From Callorhinchus milii (Eukaryota), in contig NW_024704742.1 in assembly GCF_018977255.1 (NCBI RefSeq), forward strand, positions 50,594,001-50,658,000: a stretch of DNA of 64,000 nucleotides, given 5' to 3'. The notes beneath the pieces were generated by a model. It made no database searches, had not been told where the DNA came from, and was given only the letters and a program-made list of their open reading frames with translations. Positions 38,184 to 50,501 of the stretch are shown in pieces; the stretch's first letter is position 1, and the number at the start of each line of letters is the position of its first letter. Made by a program: the position numbers and the translations under genes.

Positions 38184-38699
38184 TATTACTGTTGTGGTTT
38201 AGATTTTACAACTGTTCTACTATATATAACCTGATATGCTGAAGTACTTTTTTAAAGAGTAAATACCTCATTTGGATTATATCCTTTTTTCTTGGAGGTG
38301 CCTTAATGTATACACTTTCCCTGGCCAAATTATGAGTCACTGTAACCAAATCACTAAGGGGCACATGAGAATGACCTGGTATGTCAGACTTGCTGCTGCT
38401 GCTCTCTGGGGCAGCTTGCTGGCATAACCAACTGCATTATGAGAACCGTAGTTGGGCTCCTCACCTCACCCCAGCACTCAATATACTTTGTCATTCTACA
38501 CCTTGGAAACAGACAAGATGAGCATTTTTGATGAGCTCTAAGTGAGTTTCTGTAATTTAAAATAAAACTTTATTTAAAAAATTCTGCTCAACAGAATTTA
38601 ACTAATATACTTCCCTTCAATATTTCTTCAACTGCTAACTTACTTATTCCAGGTTTTTGAAGCTTTTTAATTTGCCATTCAATTTATTTTGTGTTTCAG

Positions 38700-38887
38700 A
38701 CCAGGATTCATTGGATTATAATGGTGGTCAGTGTATTGCTGTACTTTGTGGTTGGCTTGAGTTTTGGAGCAAATTGTGTAAACTGTAACCCTCCATCAAA
38801 TCCTTTGGGGATCTTCCAAAACGAGATGACAAAACCACTCTTCTACTTGATCTGTGTCATCTCTGTAGTTGCAGCTTTACTCCCCAG
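38700..38887 (+). CDS. ATP10D: ATP10D exon, TM9-TM10: TRIHWIIMVVSVLLYF...CNPPSNP...VAALLPR
   Basis: Acceptor tttcag, donor gtacta; CxPPSNP is typical of ATP10. Confidence 0.95.
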
Positions 38888-39477
38888 GTACTACACAATT
38901 TCTGTTTTCAAATGTTCTGAAATCTATTTGCTGAACTATAAGAAAATGCATTTCCAGCATGAATGAGTATAGGCTCACATTTACTCTGGAAAGTAACAGG
39001 AAAAATGTTTGCATTAAGCCAACACTGAACTTCAAGAACTGTTTAAGTATTCATTCAAAATGTACTTAGCTCATTCTAATCTTTCTTTTCCTGTGTCAGT
39101 GTTCCAAAATACTTTGCTCACGTGTTTGTGTGTGTGTGTGCATGTGTGTGTGTGTTCAGGTCCCTCCACCTCATGCTGCCCCCTCCTCGCCTCCCCCTTA
39201 GCTCTCTTTACCCACATCTCTCACATGAAACCCACCACCTGCTCTTTTGTCCACATTCCAAACCAACTACCTTGTTTGACTGCTTTAGTTGCTGATCTCA
39301 CCAGACTCTCCCTTTCTTCTGGCAAGATACTCTCTCTTCCCCCTTTCAAAACTGTCATCTTCATCCACCTTCTAAAAAAAACACCATTTACTCCTCCAGA
39401 CTCTCTCACTTGACCTTCTTCCAACCTCTTCTCAGTCTACAACCAGGACCGTAGTACTTTCCAGGCCTCCTTGACCT

Positions 39478-39810
39478 TATAATAATAATCCTTGCATTTG
39501 ATATAGAGCCTTATCACATCTTCAAGACGTCTCAAGGCGCTTCAAGGAATATACTGTAAAGTGAATTGACTGTTGATTTTGTGGGTGAAACGTGGCAGCC
39601 AATTGCGCACAGCAGTGTCTCACAAACAGTCGTGGATTGAGGGACCAATTTATCATTATTATCTTTTTTAAGTGATTATTACCCCCAGAAAGGGAACCTG
39701 AAATTGACTTAACAACTGGGTTCATACTTACTGCTAGGTAAACAGAGGTGTTTGGAGTAAGAAAAGTTGCCCAACATTTCACCCTGCCGGGAATCGAAAC
39801 CAGATCTCTT
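39478..39810 (-). mobile_element. Young SINE, long subtype, nested in an older LINE2 remnant (about 39170-40100)
   Basis: SINE homology; LINE2 RT remnants on both sides. Confidence 0.8.
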
Positions 39811-41416
39811 GCCAATCAATGACCCAGTCGACCATTCAATCCTTCTCCACTGTCTTTTCTTCCTGGTCCACCTCTGTCCTTTTATTTTACTCTCAACTGT
39901 TCCCAGTATTTTCACTATATTTCTAATGGCTTCTCATCTTGGTCCGGTGCAATGACTTTCAGTGTTTCTTGGGTCTGTTTCCTTGGTCTTCTCCTTTTAC
40001 TTATTTACCTGCTTCCCCTCGTGACATCTTCTGCAGAGATGGATTCCATTTTCACATGTATGTCAATGACACCACTGCTGTACTGTCTGATTGCCTACTA
40101 AATACACAGTCACTACATTTTTCAGTATACCCCGTGAAGCACTTTGAGATATCCTCCTTTTGTCAAATATAGGGTTTTATGATAAAAGTTCTTGGCAGCC
40201 AATATGTCCTGGATGAGCCTTAAGTTCCACCAACTAAATATGAATAATTGTCTTCTGGTGTCTTGGGCATTAATGCCCCAAATAGAATTGGTGACTCACT
40301 TCATTGGCTGATTATGGGATATTGCTGTGTGCAAATTGACTGGCACATTTGCCTAAAAATACACCTTTGCTACAGTTTACAGTAAAATCATTTGAGACGT
40401 GATAAGGTGCTATATCAAACGCAAGGTTTATTATCATGAAACCAATGTCATCCTGCTCTCAGACTGATTGCATCAGCCTCTGTTCCTTCAGCTCACAGAT
40501 TTAGTGCACAATGTTGATACTTCATTCCCCCTTTCATTTGTTCTTTTCCTCCAATTCCAAGGCATTGCTCATCTGCACCTGTACCTCACCCCATCACACA
40601 TCATCAGCATCCCCAGGCTTGATTTTTCCAATGCCCTACCTCACTGGCCTTGCCTGCTTATTTCTCCATAAGTGCCATATCATTCAGAACTCCTTTGTCA
40701 TTATTCTGTCACTGGTTCTGGGAAATTAGCGGAAAACAACAACAGCAAAAACTTGCATTTATATAGCGCCCTTCACGCGGGATAATGTTTCAGAGTGCTT
40801 AACAGTGGCGGAGCCTGACTCTGAGCAAAGGGAAGGGGCAAGGTGACCATAAGCACGGTCAAAGAGGAAGGTCTTCAGCCTTGATCTGCGCCTTGGGACG
40901 TCCTCCTGACGTGAAAGGCGCTTTATAAATGGAATCTTGTTGTTGTTGATCTGAAAATGGGGACAGAGGGGACAAGGTGGAGGAATTGAGAGCGAGAGTT
41001 CCAACGTTTAAGGCAATAGTGTCCGGAAGCATGGCCGCCACTTAGAATGGAGGGGATGAGGGGCAAGCAGGAGGCTGGAGGCAGCTGACAGGGGCCAGTG
41101 GGTGGTGGAACGATATAAGTGACTCTCGACTATGAGCAGTGAATTGAAAGATTCATTACCCTAAAAAAAACACAACTCAAAGAAAGAGTTTGGCCCAGGA
41201 TAAGAATTTACAAAGACTGTACAGCAGGGAAACAAGTCACTTGGCCCAACCAGTTTGTGCCGTTGTTTATATTCCACATGAGTCTCCACCCATTCCTTCT
41301 CTCTCATGTGAAGGTCTAGTTTTCTCTTGAATGCATTTACACTAACTGATTCAATCACTGCTTCAGGCAATGAGTACCACAATCTCTCTTATCTTCTGCA
41401 TGAAGTAGTTCCTCCT

Positions 41417-41500
41417 AACTCACTGGGATCAGACAGCGTAGCGACCAGGAGATTCTCTTTTGAATCTCCTGGTCGCTATGCTGTCTGATCCCAGTGAGTT
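41417..41500. repeat. 39-bp inverted repeat with a 6-nt loop (38/39 match)
   Basis: aactcactgggatcagacagcgtagcgaccaggagattc - tctttt - gaatctcctggtcgctatgctgtctgatcccagtgagtt. Confidence 0.95.
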
Positions 41501-41579
41501 TGTAATATGTAAGATTGAACTTTACTCAAACAATGGAAATTTTAATTTTATCGACCTTATTTGTTTGCTTACCTACATA

Positions 41580-41930
41580 CCGTCTAATCCCATTATAACA
41601 TGGTATTTGGAACCCCAACCCATGCAATAAGGAAACGCGATGTCAAATTTCATTCCACATATGCCAGTTCACTCTCTGTGTACCGCCTGGCTCCTGTGCT
41701 TAAAAAATGATTGATTTGGGGGTCATCAGGTCATTACAAACATCACTTCCTATTTAATGCACACATTATGTTGGTTACCGAACGATCCAGTGATCTGCCA
41801 TTTTGATGCGAAACCCAACCAGTGGGTGGTAAGCGAGTGGCTGTGTGCATGCGCATTGAATGGAGTCCAACTGAAACTGCATTATAACCAAATTCATACT
41901 ACAAATAAGTCATATAATGGGACTGCTCTG
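41580..41930. mobile_element. Degenerate Tigger-like MITE
   Basis: Imperfect TIRs sharing tcccattata, TA on both flanks. Confidence 0.5.
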
Positions 41931-42045
41931 TAAATAATATTATATTTCTAATTAGTCTAATTTTGTCGAACACTTCAAAATGTTACCCTATGTGAAATGT
42001 GCTTATGTAATTGTAAGTTATTGAACTGTTAAATTTATATTCTAG

Positions 42046-42526
42046 GTATTTTTTCCGGATTATCCAAGGAAGCATATTCCCCTCTCCACTTCTTTGGGCT
42101 CGTTACATAGATACATTGAGCCCAGTGGAACGTAAACAAATAACCCAGGAATGGAAGGATAATGATGAAGCCTCTGAACAGAAATATTCAGGGAACATCA
42201 ACATCACCTCATTAAATGTTAAGAATCTGACTTTAATACAAAGCGCTACAGAGCTGCAAACACCTTTACCTCAGGAGTTGGATGTTGTACCTCCAATGAA
42301 TTCATTAGCAAAATCCAAGGCACGGAGGATTTCCACCACTGTAGACCAAGCGCACAACATATCACCAAAAATCACCAAAGTAACTGCTGAGAAAAACATT
42401 GAAAAGGTTGAACAGGGAGAAGTTAGGACCCATAAACCACATAACCAGATGCATAAAACAACCCCTGCCTCTGGAGCATTGAAGACCACTAAGAAATTGA
42501 AAAAGGATAAAATACAGAAAAACTAA
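42046..42526 (+). CDS. ATP10D: ATP10D terminal coding exon: YFFRIIQGSIFPSPLLWARYIDTLSP...KDKIQKN*
   Basis: Acceptor ttctag; phase fits; QGSxFPSP motif; stop TAA at 42524-42526. Confidence 0.9.
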
Positions 42527-45254
42527 CATCTCTGTCTCCAATTTGGGAAAGGCTGATGGGTTAACAGAACTCATTCCAGCAGTATCTTAGCAGTTGTCCT
42601 TCAGGAAAGTCCTATGGACAACTTGCCAGGACAATCTGTATCCTTTACTCTCAATATGCAGATGAGATCACTAATCTGGTCAGAATTCCAGTCCATTACT
42701 ACTGGCAATAGCAGCAATCTTCAAAGCAGAACCTGAACACATTTAAAAGTGACCAAGTTGTGTATTGGTCAAGATGTTCCATCATTCCATGTTTTAAGGT
42801 ATATGGGATATTGGGGCTTAACTTGGATATCAATCTATGAATGTCTGGATTTCACTGAACTGAAATGCTTTGATTTTTTTTGAAAAAATTGCATCTCTCA
42901 ATTACAAAACCAGAATTGTAGCCCATCTGCCACCTACTGTAGCCCTGTTATTACTACTAGTAAACATGTACTGGATCTCTGACAGTATCCAGGAACTACT
43001 CACTTTATTACCACAATTACTGATATCCCATGGATTTTTTTTCATAGCTCCTCATTATTAGAGGTAACAAACTACTATTCAACAAACTGATTCTTGAACT
43101 GTTCACAGAGATTAGAGAAGAATCCTAGTGTATTCTACTGCACACAGAAGGATATTTTAGTGCAATGGGATATTTAGCCAAAAGTATTATGCCATACTTG
43201 CTAGGATATGTGCACATAAATTGTACACTCTCATGAAACCTAAAGGGTATTCTCTGGTGTCTGACCTGTTAATTCAAATGGAAATTAATTTAGAGTTATG
43301 TCAGCTGCTGGCTCATATCGTGAATTGTGACTCCATCTTTACATACTCAGTCTGTAAAGGTTTCCAGCACAAATCAGTCAACTATTGAGAAATTGATTCT
43401 TTTTCTAAATGGTTTATATGTTAGTTCTTTCTGAAACGGAACTCTGATTATTCAGATGAGAAACCCAGTCATGACTTGCTGTAGTACTTTGCTATAATAT
43501 AATGTTGCCTTCAGTGATGTAAATGTAAATAATGTAAAGCTTGCTCTTTGCGGCATGCTGTTTGTGCAGCTTCCAAAGACTGCTGCAGAAAGGATTTCTT
43601 GTACTTTTGTGGCTTCCCAACTGTCCTACACTACAGGACATCTTTTTCTGTATTTAGTTACACTTTCTGTGCAGTCAAATTCACTTACAGCATGTACAAA
43701 TCTGATGAAGTAAAAGCAATTTTTACTATGTCTCACTTTGCTTCCAATCGATTCAGTTATTAGGAATGGTTGTTACTAGAATAAGTAACTTGTTTCCATT
43801 CTGACCTGATCCATTGGATGTATGAGGAGACATGGTGCTTGAGTGTGTGATTTTATTTTGTAATGTAATAGTACCTTATTGCCTGTGATTACATAAATAA
43901 TGGTCAAAATCATTTTTTTGTTTGTTTATGAGTGACACTGTCTTGGGGGCCTGTTTAGAACAGTATTGCATTTTATTTAAATATTGACTGAAGGTGTCTT
44001 ATATGGGCTGTAGTACATTTATAAAAAAAATTGCAATACCTAAAGTACAATTGTAACAGGGATTCTAACTGGGCAGCAAGAACACATGTTAATTTAAACA
44101 AACTCTTTAGATGGTTTGAATACTATTTTGGCAGGATATTTTATATCAGTTATTGCAACGTCAAAGGTTATTTTATATTTCCAGTTTTAAATGCTCTTTA
44201 TGACAGATCTTTTGGGTGGGGGGGGGAATAGGATCCAATATAGCTGTTTCTCAGTCTTATTTGAAACCTCAACAATGGGGTTGAAAATGCAGATTTGCAA
44301 ACCAGAATTGGCAGAGCTAATTAGCTTTTAGTTTGTGACTGATATTGCTGTTAAATTTGCAAACAAAACAGCAATCTTGAACACCAGCAATTGTCATTTT
44401 GACAGTTCAGACCTCTACTTGGCATATATTTCAGCTACTACACCTCCAAAACTTCAAAACTCTCTCCCTGAATCCCTCCACCTTTAGATCACCTGAAGAA
44501 CTTCCTCTTCGACCGTTCCCACTCAAGTTCCACCACTGTCAAGCAAATAGCTATGTTGTAAAATGTCAAAAAACAAAACTCCAACCCCAATTAGTTTGAG
44601 AGTACAACATTTTCAACCCCAATATGCATTTTATTTTGATTTTGAAAAACATTCTTGTTTTTTCAACATTGATCAAATATACCTTATTCATTGTGATGCT
44701 GTTAAAATGAGCATTATGTTCTCAAGACAGTCACTGCCTGTTAATGACCTTCAAGAGTTACAAACAGATTGTTTGTAAAGTTTGTCAAATGCTGCAATGA
44801 TGTTAAAATCATGTCAGAGTTTGCATTTGCATTTGCAAGAAATGAATGCACATCTCACATGCTCTCCATTCAAAACAAGCAGTTTGTCAAATACTTTTTC
44901 ATGATATCAGTGCTCATTTAAAGCACAATCAACTCTTGAAGTGATGGTGGCAGTTGTTTAACTATTTGGTGTACTTGCTAATTGTCGTTTCCTATTCATT
45001 TTAAAATAACATTTTCTTGGCTACATGTGAAATTTATGCTGGTTTAAAAACATGTATAGTCTTATTTTGTAATTTTCAAAATCCAAAACACTGATCCCTT
45101 TTTTGTTGGCATTCTGCTAAAGGTTTAAGAAAAAGATTATCCTTTATATTGGTAGCCACCAAATGTCCTTAATCCAACTCCACTGGTGCTATTTCCAGGA
45201 AAGGGCTTTCAAAGACTGAAGTTTTAAGAAATGTTATTATCTTGAATGTATTAC

Positions 45255-45260
45255 AATAAA
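45255..45260 (+). promoter_or_regulatory. Candidate ATP10D polyadenylation signal AATAAA (another at 45546-45551)
   Basis: Hexamer at the end of a repeat-free AT-rich stretch after the stop codon; no transcript data. Confidence 0.4.
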
Positions 45261-47920
45261 ATGTTTCAGTGATGGATGAAAGTTATGTTTGTAACAAACT
45301 TTCAGGGGATATTATTTTGTTTATTAATCTCCCTGTAAGTTTCAAAACTTGCTGGCTTCGCCAAGTTATCTGAATGACTTGCTGGTTTGTTTTTGTAAAG
45401 CAAGTCCATGCTGTTTTTCTATCATTTTAAAATGGTGCTATTTTTATTAAAGTATACTGATATACTTATTACAGTAGTTTGTCCCATTGTGAAGATTTAG
45501 TGTTTCTTAAACTCTTACAGTAACTCATTAACTTTAGAATGTTAAAATAAAGAAAAATGAATCAGTTTCAAAAGCATTTTATTTAGTTTTTGACTGTTTT
45601 GAATATAATGTGATCCCAGGTTTCTGTTTGTGAAAGGAGCTTAGCTGAGTTCTGAAAAATGTAGTAAATGTAGCAGAATCGGGAAGCTAGAAAATAGTCC
45701 ATGTGGAAGTGATCACTGCCAATGTAGCATTAGTATCCTTTAACACAGTGCTTCAAAGTTAGGATCAAACGTACGGTTACTTGCTGAATAGCTAATTGTG
45801 CAATCATAACAATAGTCCTTCCATTTTGATATTGGGTTTTTATGTCAGGAGGACATCACAAAGTTGAAAAACATGGCAGTCAAATTGCATCTACAGAGGG
45901 CCAACAATGTTGTTTTAGAAGGCTCACAAGCACCAGAATTCACCATTTCTAGCATATATCATTGGGTCAGAGTGTATACCAAGCGAATGGATCTCGGCCC
46001 TAGGATCTAAAATGACCTTAACACCCCCCCCCCCCCACAGGTAGTCAGTCACATAATCACCGAATGATATTTGTTTTCAGACATGGCTGGCAAAAGATAT
46101 TCTAACGAGCATTCAGACAGCAGGGGGAAGGAGATGAGAAACTACATAAAACATCTTTGCAAGTGACTCACTAAATCAGAGCAGAACAATAATTGACTTG
46201 AATATCAGGGAAAACACAGTGGAAATATGAGACCCATCGCCACTGGATCATCCCTTGACATTGGTTTGAGGGTAAAGTTTAGAAGTTTTTATTTTGTCTG
46301 CTGCTATCAGTAGGACAAAGCTTGCACTACAAATCAAGTTTCAATTGTACAACACCAACCAACACAGGTTGTCATCTGATTTTCATTTACAACAACTACA
46401 GCATCACATTGGGTAAAGGCCCAGTCTTCAGTCTGCACAAATGAGGCCGTACGTTGCACACATAAAAAAGCAATATAAAAATATTTTATAAAATTACAAC
46501 CATAGTATCCTTACATGGGATGTTATACTCAGACATGGCCAACATCTCTTGAAATGTCTGTTTATAGAGGATACAGGAACAAAATACATAGCATTACATT
46601 GTTGAAAAGTGCCATTGAAGTGTAATATTTAACCCCACGGCCTCAAATGGTAAATTACCACACGAAAATCCAAATCGTCTGAGTGCAAATGTATAGAGTG
46701 AGGCGAAACAAAACTTTGGCATTAGAGAGAATAATTTCAGATATTGTACATCTTTTACTAAATAATAACGTGAGCAATGGCATTACCACCTTAAACTCCG
46801 AAAAATAAACATTTCCACAAATATACTAGGACAGTTCAATTTTTCCATTTCTGATGTTATCATTGTTGTCACTGCTTAAAAACTCTTAATAATAGCACAA
46901 ATAAACCAGCAGCAGATAGGTCTCCAAAGTTATTCACTATTTTATTGCAAAAATGTGTGAAGGGCCAAATTGAAATTAGGTAGGAATTTCTCCACAATAA
47001 ACAAAGTGGCAGAGATTCAAGAAAGTTCTTATTTGAACAATTGAATGATTGTGATTTGGACAGATTGTTTCAAAGAATTGATTAAACAGTTTATAATGAG
47101 TCAAGTTAATTATCTTGATTATCATCCAAAACATTTTCTCAACAACGATTTTAATAAGATGTTTCTTGGCCGCTCTTCCTCTGATAAGCGATAATGAATG
47201 TTTTTTACCCCTGTATTTCAGAAAACTACGACCTTATCCATGCTTTGTGTTATATTTGTCATGGTTTATTTCCTCAAATAATTATAATACAATGAAATCA
47301 TTATATGCATAAACCCATTTCTGTTAACCAAAACATTAATTGCAATGATTCCTAGTTGAATTCAATCAAAAAGGTGTTTCATTCCTTCGAATCAAATTCC
47401 TTGTCCTTTTCTTGTAGCAGTCTTAATTTTTATGAGAAGGAGATTTTCAGAGCTAAGAAATCCTGTCTCAGTAGTTCAATTAAACAAGTACTGCAAACCC
47501 CCCAATATTATAAATGCCTAGAGATTGGCAGCCATGGGAAATCTAATCCAGGGTTTAATCTAATCCAGAAAGGCAGGGGGCCAATGGGTGGGGGGACAAA
47601 TTATCTTTGTCTTTGGATCAAAAAAAAACCCAAAAAACAAAATCCATCAAAAAAAGTTTTGAAAAATATAAAAGATTTTTTTTACATATGCATTCTTAGG
47701 GTGTACTTTCATCTAATGATGAACTTGTGGAAGAAGCATTCTCAAACAAATCAAATTAGAGGTAGCAAAAGTCATTTCTTTTGGGCTGTTCCTTTACAAG
47801 CCATCTGAGCAACACACGCTAGCAACCTTCACCAGAATACAAGGAACTGTTGCAGTGTTGGCCAGCTTTGGACTGAATGTGCTGCACAGCTCAAAAGAGT
47901 AGTTGATTTGTATAATGGAA

Positions 47921-49915
47921 AACAACAACAACCAAATTACACTTATAAAGTGCTTTTCACATCGGGAGGATGCCCTAAGGCACTGGACAGACAGAGTTTC
48001 GGACCCGAGCTGGGGGTCGGGATCGGGGAGGGTGGAGGGCGGGGGGGGGGAAGCAGGGAGATCGAAAGCACGGTCGAAGAGGATCTTGAGATGGGTCTTG
48101 AAAGAGGCAAGGAAGGGGCCAAGGCAGAGAGACAGCGGGATGGAGCTCCAGAGGGTGGGGACAGAATGGCAGAAGGCCCGCCCGACAATAGTGGGGCAAG
48201 CGAGGCGGGGGTCGTGAAGCAGGCCAGAGCCCACTGAGTGGTTAGGAGGTCGCAGAGTAGGGGGGAGCAAGACCATGGAGGGCTTTGAAGGTGAGAATCC
48301 TGTGTGATGGGAAGCCAGTGGAGTTGGACGAGGATGGGGATGATAAGAGTCACAGAGCCTGGCGCAGGAGAGGACACAGACTGCAGAGTTCTGGATGATC
48401 TGCAGCCTATGGAGAGAGGAGTTGGGGAGGCCGACAAGTAGGGAGTTTGCATAGTCAAGCCTCGATGTAATGGAAGTGTGTATGAGGGTTTCGGTGGCCT
48501 GTGGTGAGATAGTGGGGGAGCCGTGTGATGTTGGGGAGGTGGGGGAAGCCAGAGCGGGTCATGGCAAAGATGTGGGGTAGAAAGGATAGTTGCGGATCAA
48601 ACGAGATATCAAGGGTACGGACTGGTTCAGTAACGTAGAGTGCGCAACCATGGATAGTGATGCTATCAATGCCTGAGATGTGGAGGCACTGATGGGAGCC
48701 AATTAGGAGAACCTCGGTCTTGTTGACGTTCAACTGAAGAAAGTTAGCTCTCATCCAGGACTTGATGGCAGGACAGCAGTTGTTCTGGAGTCAAGGATGA
48801 AGGCAGAGAGGTAGAGTTGGGTGTCATCCGCATACATGTGAAAGTTGACCCCATGTCTGTGGATGATGTCACCAAGAGGGAGCATATAGATATTGAAAAG
48901 GAGGGGACAAAATGCAGAGCCCTGAGGGATGCCACATGAGACGGTGGGGGGGCTAGAGAAACGTTTGTGAAGATGAAGTGGAGGCAGTGTGAGAGGTACG
49001 ATCTGAACCAGTCAAGGACAGAGACATGAAGGTTGAGGTAAGGGGAGGGGCGGTGGATGAGGATAGAGTCGTCAATGGTGTCGAAGGCAGCAGAGAGGTC
49101 AAGGAGGATGAGGAGGCAGAGGGAGCCCTGGTCGCAGATGGACAGAATGTCATTTGTCACTTTGACCATAGCGGTTTCTGTGCTGTGGGCGGCACAGAAA
49201 CCCAATTGGAGGGGTTCATGAAAGGTGTGTTGTGAGAGGAAGGAGCAAAGCTGGGAAGCAACAACTCTTTCCAGGACCTTGGAGAGGAACGGAAGTTGGA
49301 GCGGGCGGTAGAGAGTAGAGACGGGTCCAGGGAGGATTTTTTAAGGATAGGAGTGTTGACGGCGTTTTTTAGTGGGGTTGGAACAGTACCAGTGGACAGG
49401 GAGAGACTTATAATGTTAATGAGTAGAGGGGCAAAGTGATGGATCTGGGAGGTAAGGAGAGAGGTAAGAGTGGGGTCGAGGGAGCAGGTGGTCGGTTTCA
49501 TGCGGGTTATAGTGGTGAGAGAGGAGTGGGAGACAGATTCGAAGGTGTGGAGGGAGGGATGGATAGGGTGGAAGATGGAGATGTGGAGGGTGTAGTGGAC
49601 GGAACAGCTGAGGCAGCTGAGCGGATCCCTTCGACTTTGGATTCGAGGAAGTCCAGCATCGCCTCGCAGTTGGTATTTGAGGTGAGGATGGGCGAGGCGT
49701 GAGAGGGTGGGCAGAGGAGCCGGTAGGTGGTGGAGGAGTCTGGGGTAGTCCTTAGCTTCCAAGATTGTCTTGGAGTAGAACCACGATTTAGTGGAGGCGA
49801 GGACGGAGCATAAGATTTGATAAGGTCCAGCCAGATCTGCCGATGGACTGTTAAGTTTCATTTAAGCCACCTGTGCTTTAGGGGAACGGAGGTGGCTGTT
49901 GTACCAGGGTACCAT
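47921..49915 (-). mobile_element. 5'-truncated LINE2 (about 2.0 kb) just downstream of the CORIN stop
   Basis: HSTETAMVKVTND, LLDLSAAFDT and the YADD region, frameshifted; tail at about 47925. Confidence 0.93.
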
Positions 49916-50158
49916 GGAATAGAATAACGGGATGAATGTTTTCAACCTTTACAGTTTACAAAACATGATGTTGCTTCTAAGAGACAATTAGGGAAATAAT
50001 TGATCCAACTTGAAGACAGTTAATCCTAGTGAATATTTGCCAAATGCTTTCAGTGGATGGTGGGAAATGGTCTTCAGGATGGTTTGCAGTCTTTGTTTTG
50101 CTGCCACCTCTCAACATCTGTTGTTTTAGCTCAGATGATGTCCTGTTGTTTGAAAGAT

Positions 50159-50341
50159 TTATTTAGATAAAAAAGTATGGATGTATATTTGCCTCTCAAT
50201 CCATTCAACAAAATGAGTAACATTGCTGTAAATGCCGGGACCAAAGAGATTTGAACCACAATCAGATCCCCAAGAGGTGAGGCCGAATAATGTCCATTTC
50301 TTGCCAGGCTGTTCGCAGACGAGAGGTCCCCCACTGTCTCC
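50159..50341 (-). CDS. CORIN: CORIN last exon: [60 protein letters not shown]
   Basis: Acceptor tgtcag; catalytic Ser motif; stop TAA. Confidence 0.96.
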   Translation of the reverse strand, partial: GDSGGPLVCEQPGKKWTLFGLTSWGSDCGSNLFGPGIYSNVTHFVEWIERQIYIHTFLSK

Positions 50342-50426
50342 CTGACAAACAGACACAAGACTGTTATTGCAGTTGAAGTCTGAAATTCTCACGGTTTTAA
50401 AATGTAACATCGAACTGAACTTCGGA

Positions 50427-50501
50427 AAAATTCTTAAATTCAGCCTTAATGAGGCTGATTTTCTACAGATATTAAAAATGAAGGCTGAATTTAAGAATTT
50501 T
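50427..50501. repeat. 21-bp perfect inverted repeat with a 33-nt spacer
   Basis: aaaattcttaaattcagcctt / aaggctgaatttaagaatttt. Confidence 0.9.

Larger units (their letters stand above)
1..42526 (+). other. ATP10D: ATP10D-like P4-ATPase (lipid flippase) gene span, 21 coding exons in window, 5' end outside window
   Basis: All 21 exons have GT-AG boundaries with consistent phases. They sum to 4061 nt, giving 1352 aa plus stop from position 3. ATP10-class motifs are present; the D paralog is assigned by tail-to-tail synteny with CORIN and recalled similarity to the human protein. Confidence 0.9.

Noticed and set aside
42527..42590. Possible frameshift extending the ATP10D C-terminus
   Set aside because: Alternative frames close within about 25 codons and show no recognisable similarity.
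47356..47808. 150-aa plus-strand ORF
   Set aside because: AT-rich with homopolymer-derived Lys runs, no motif and no splice context.
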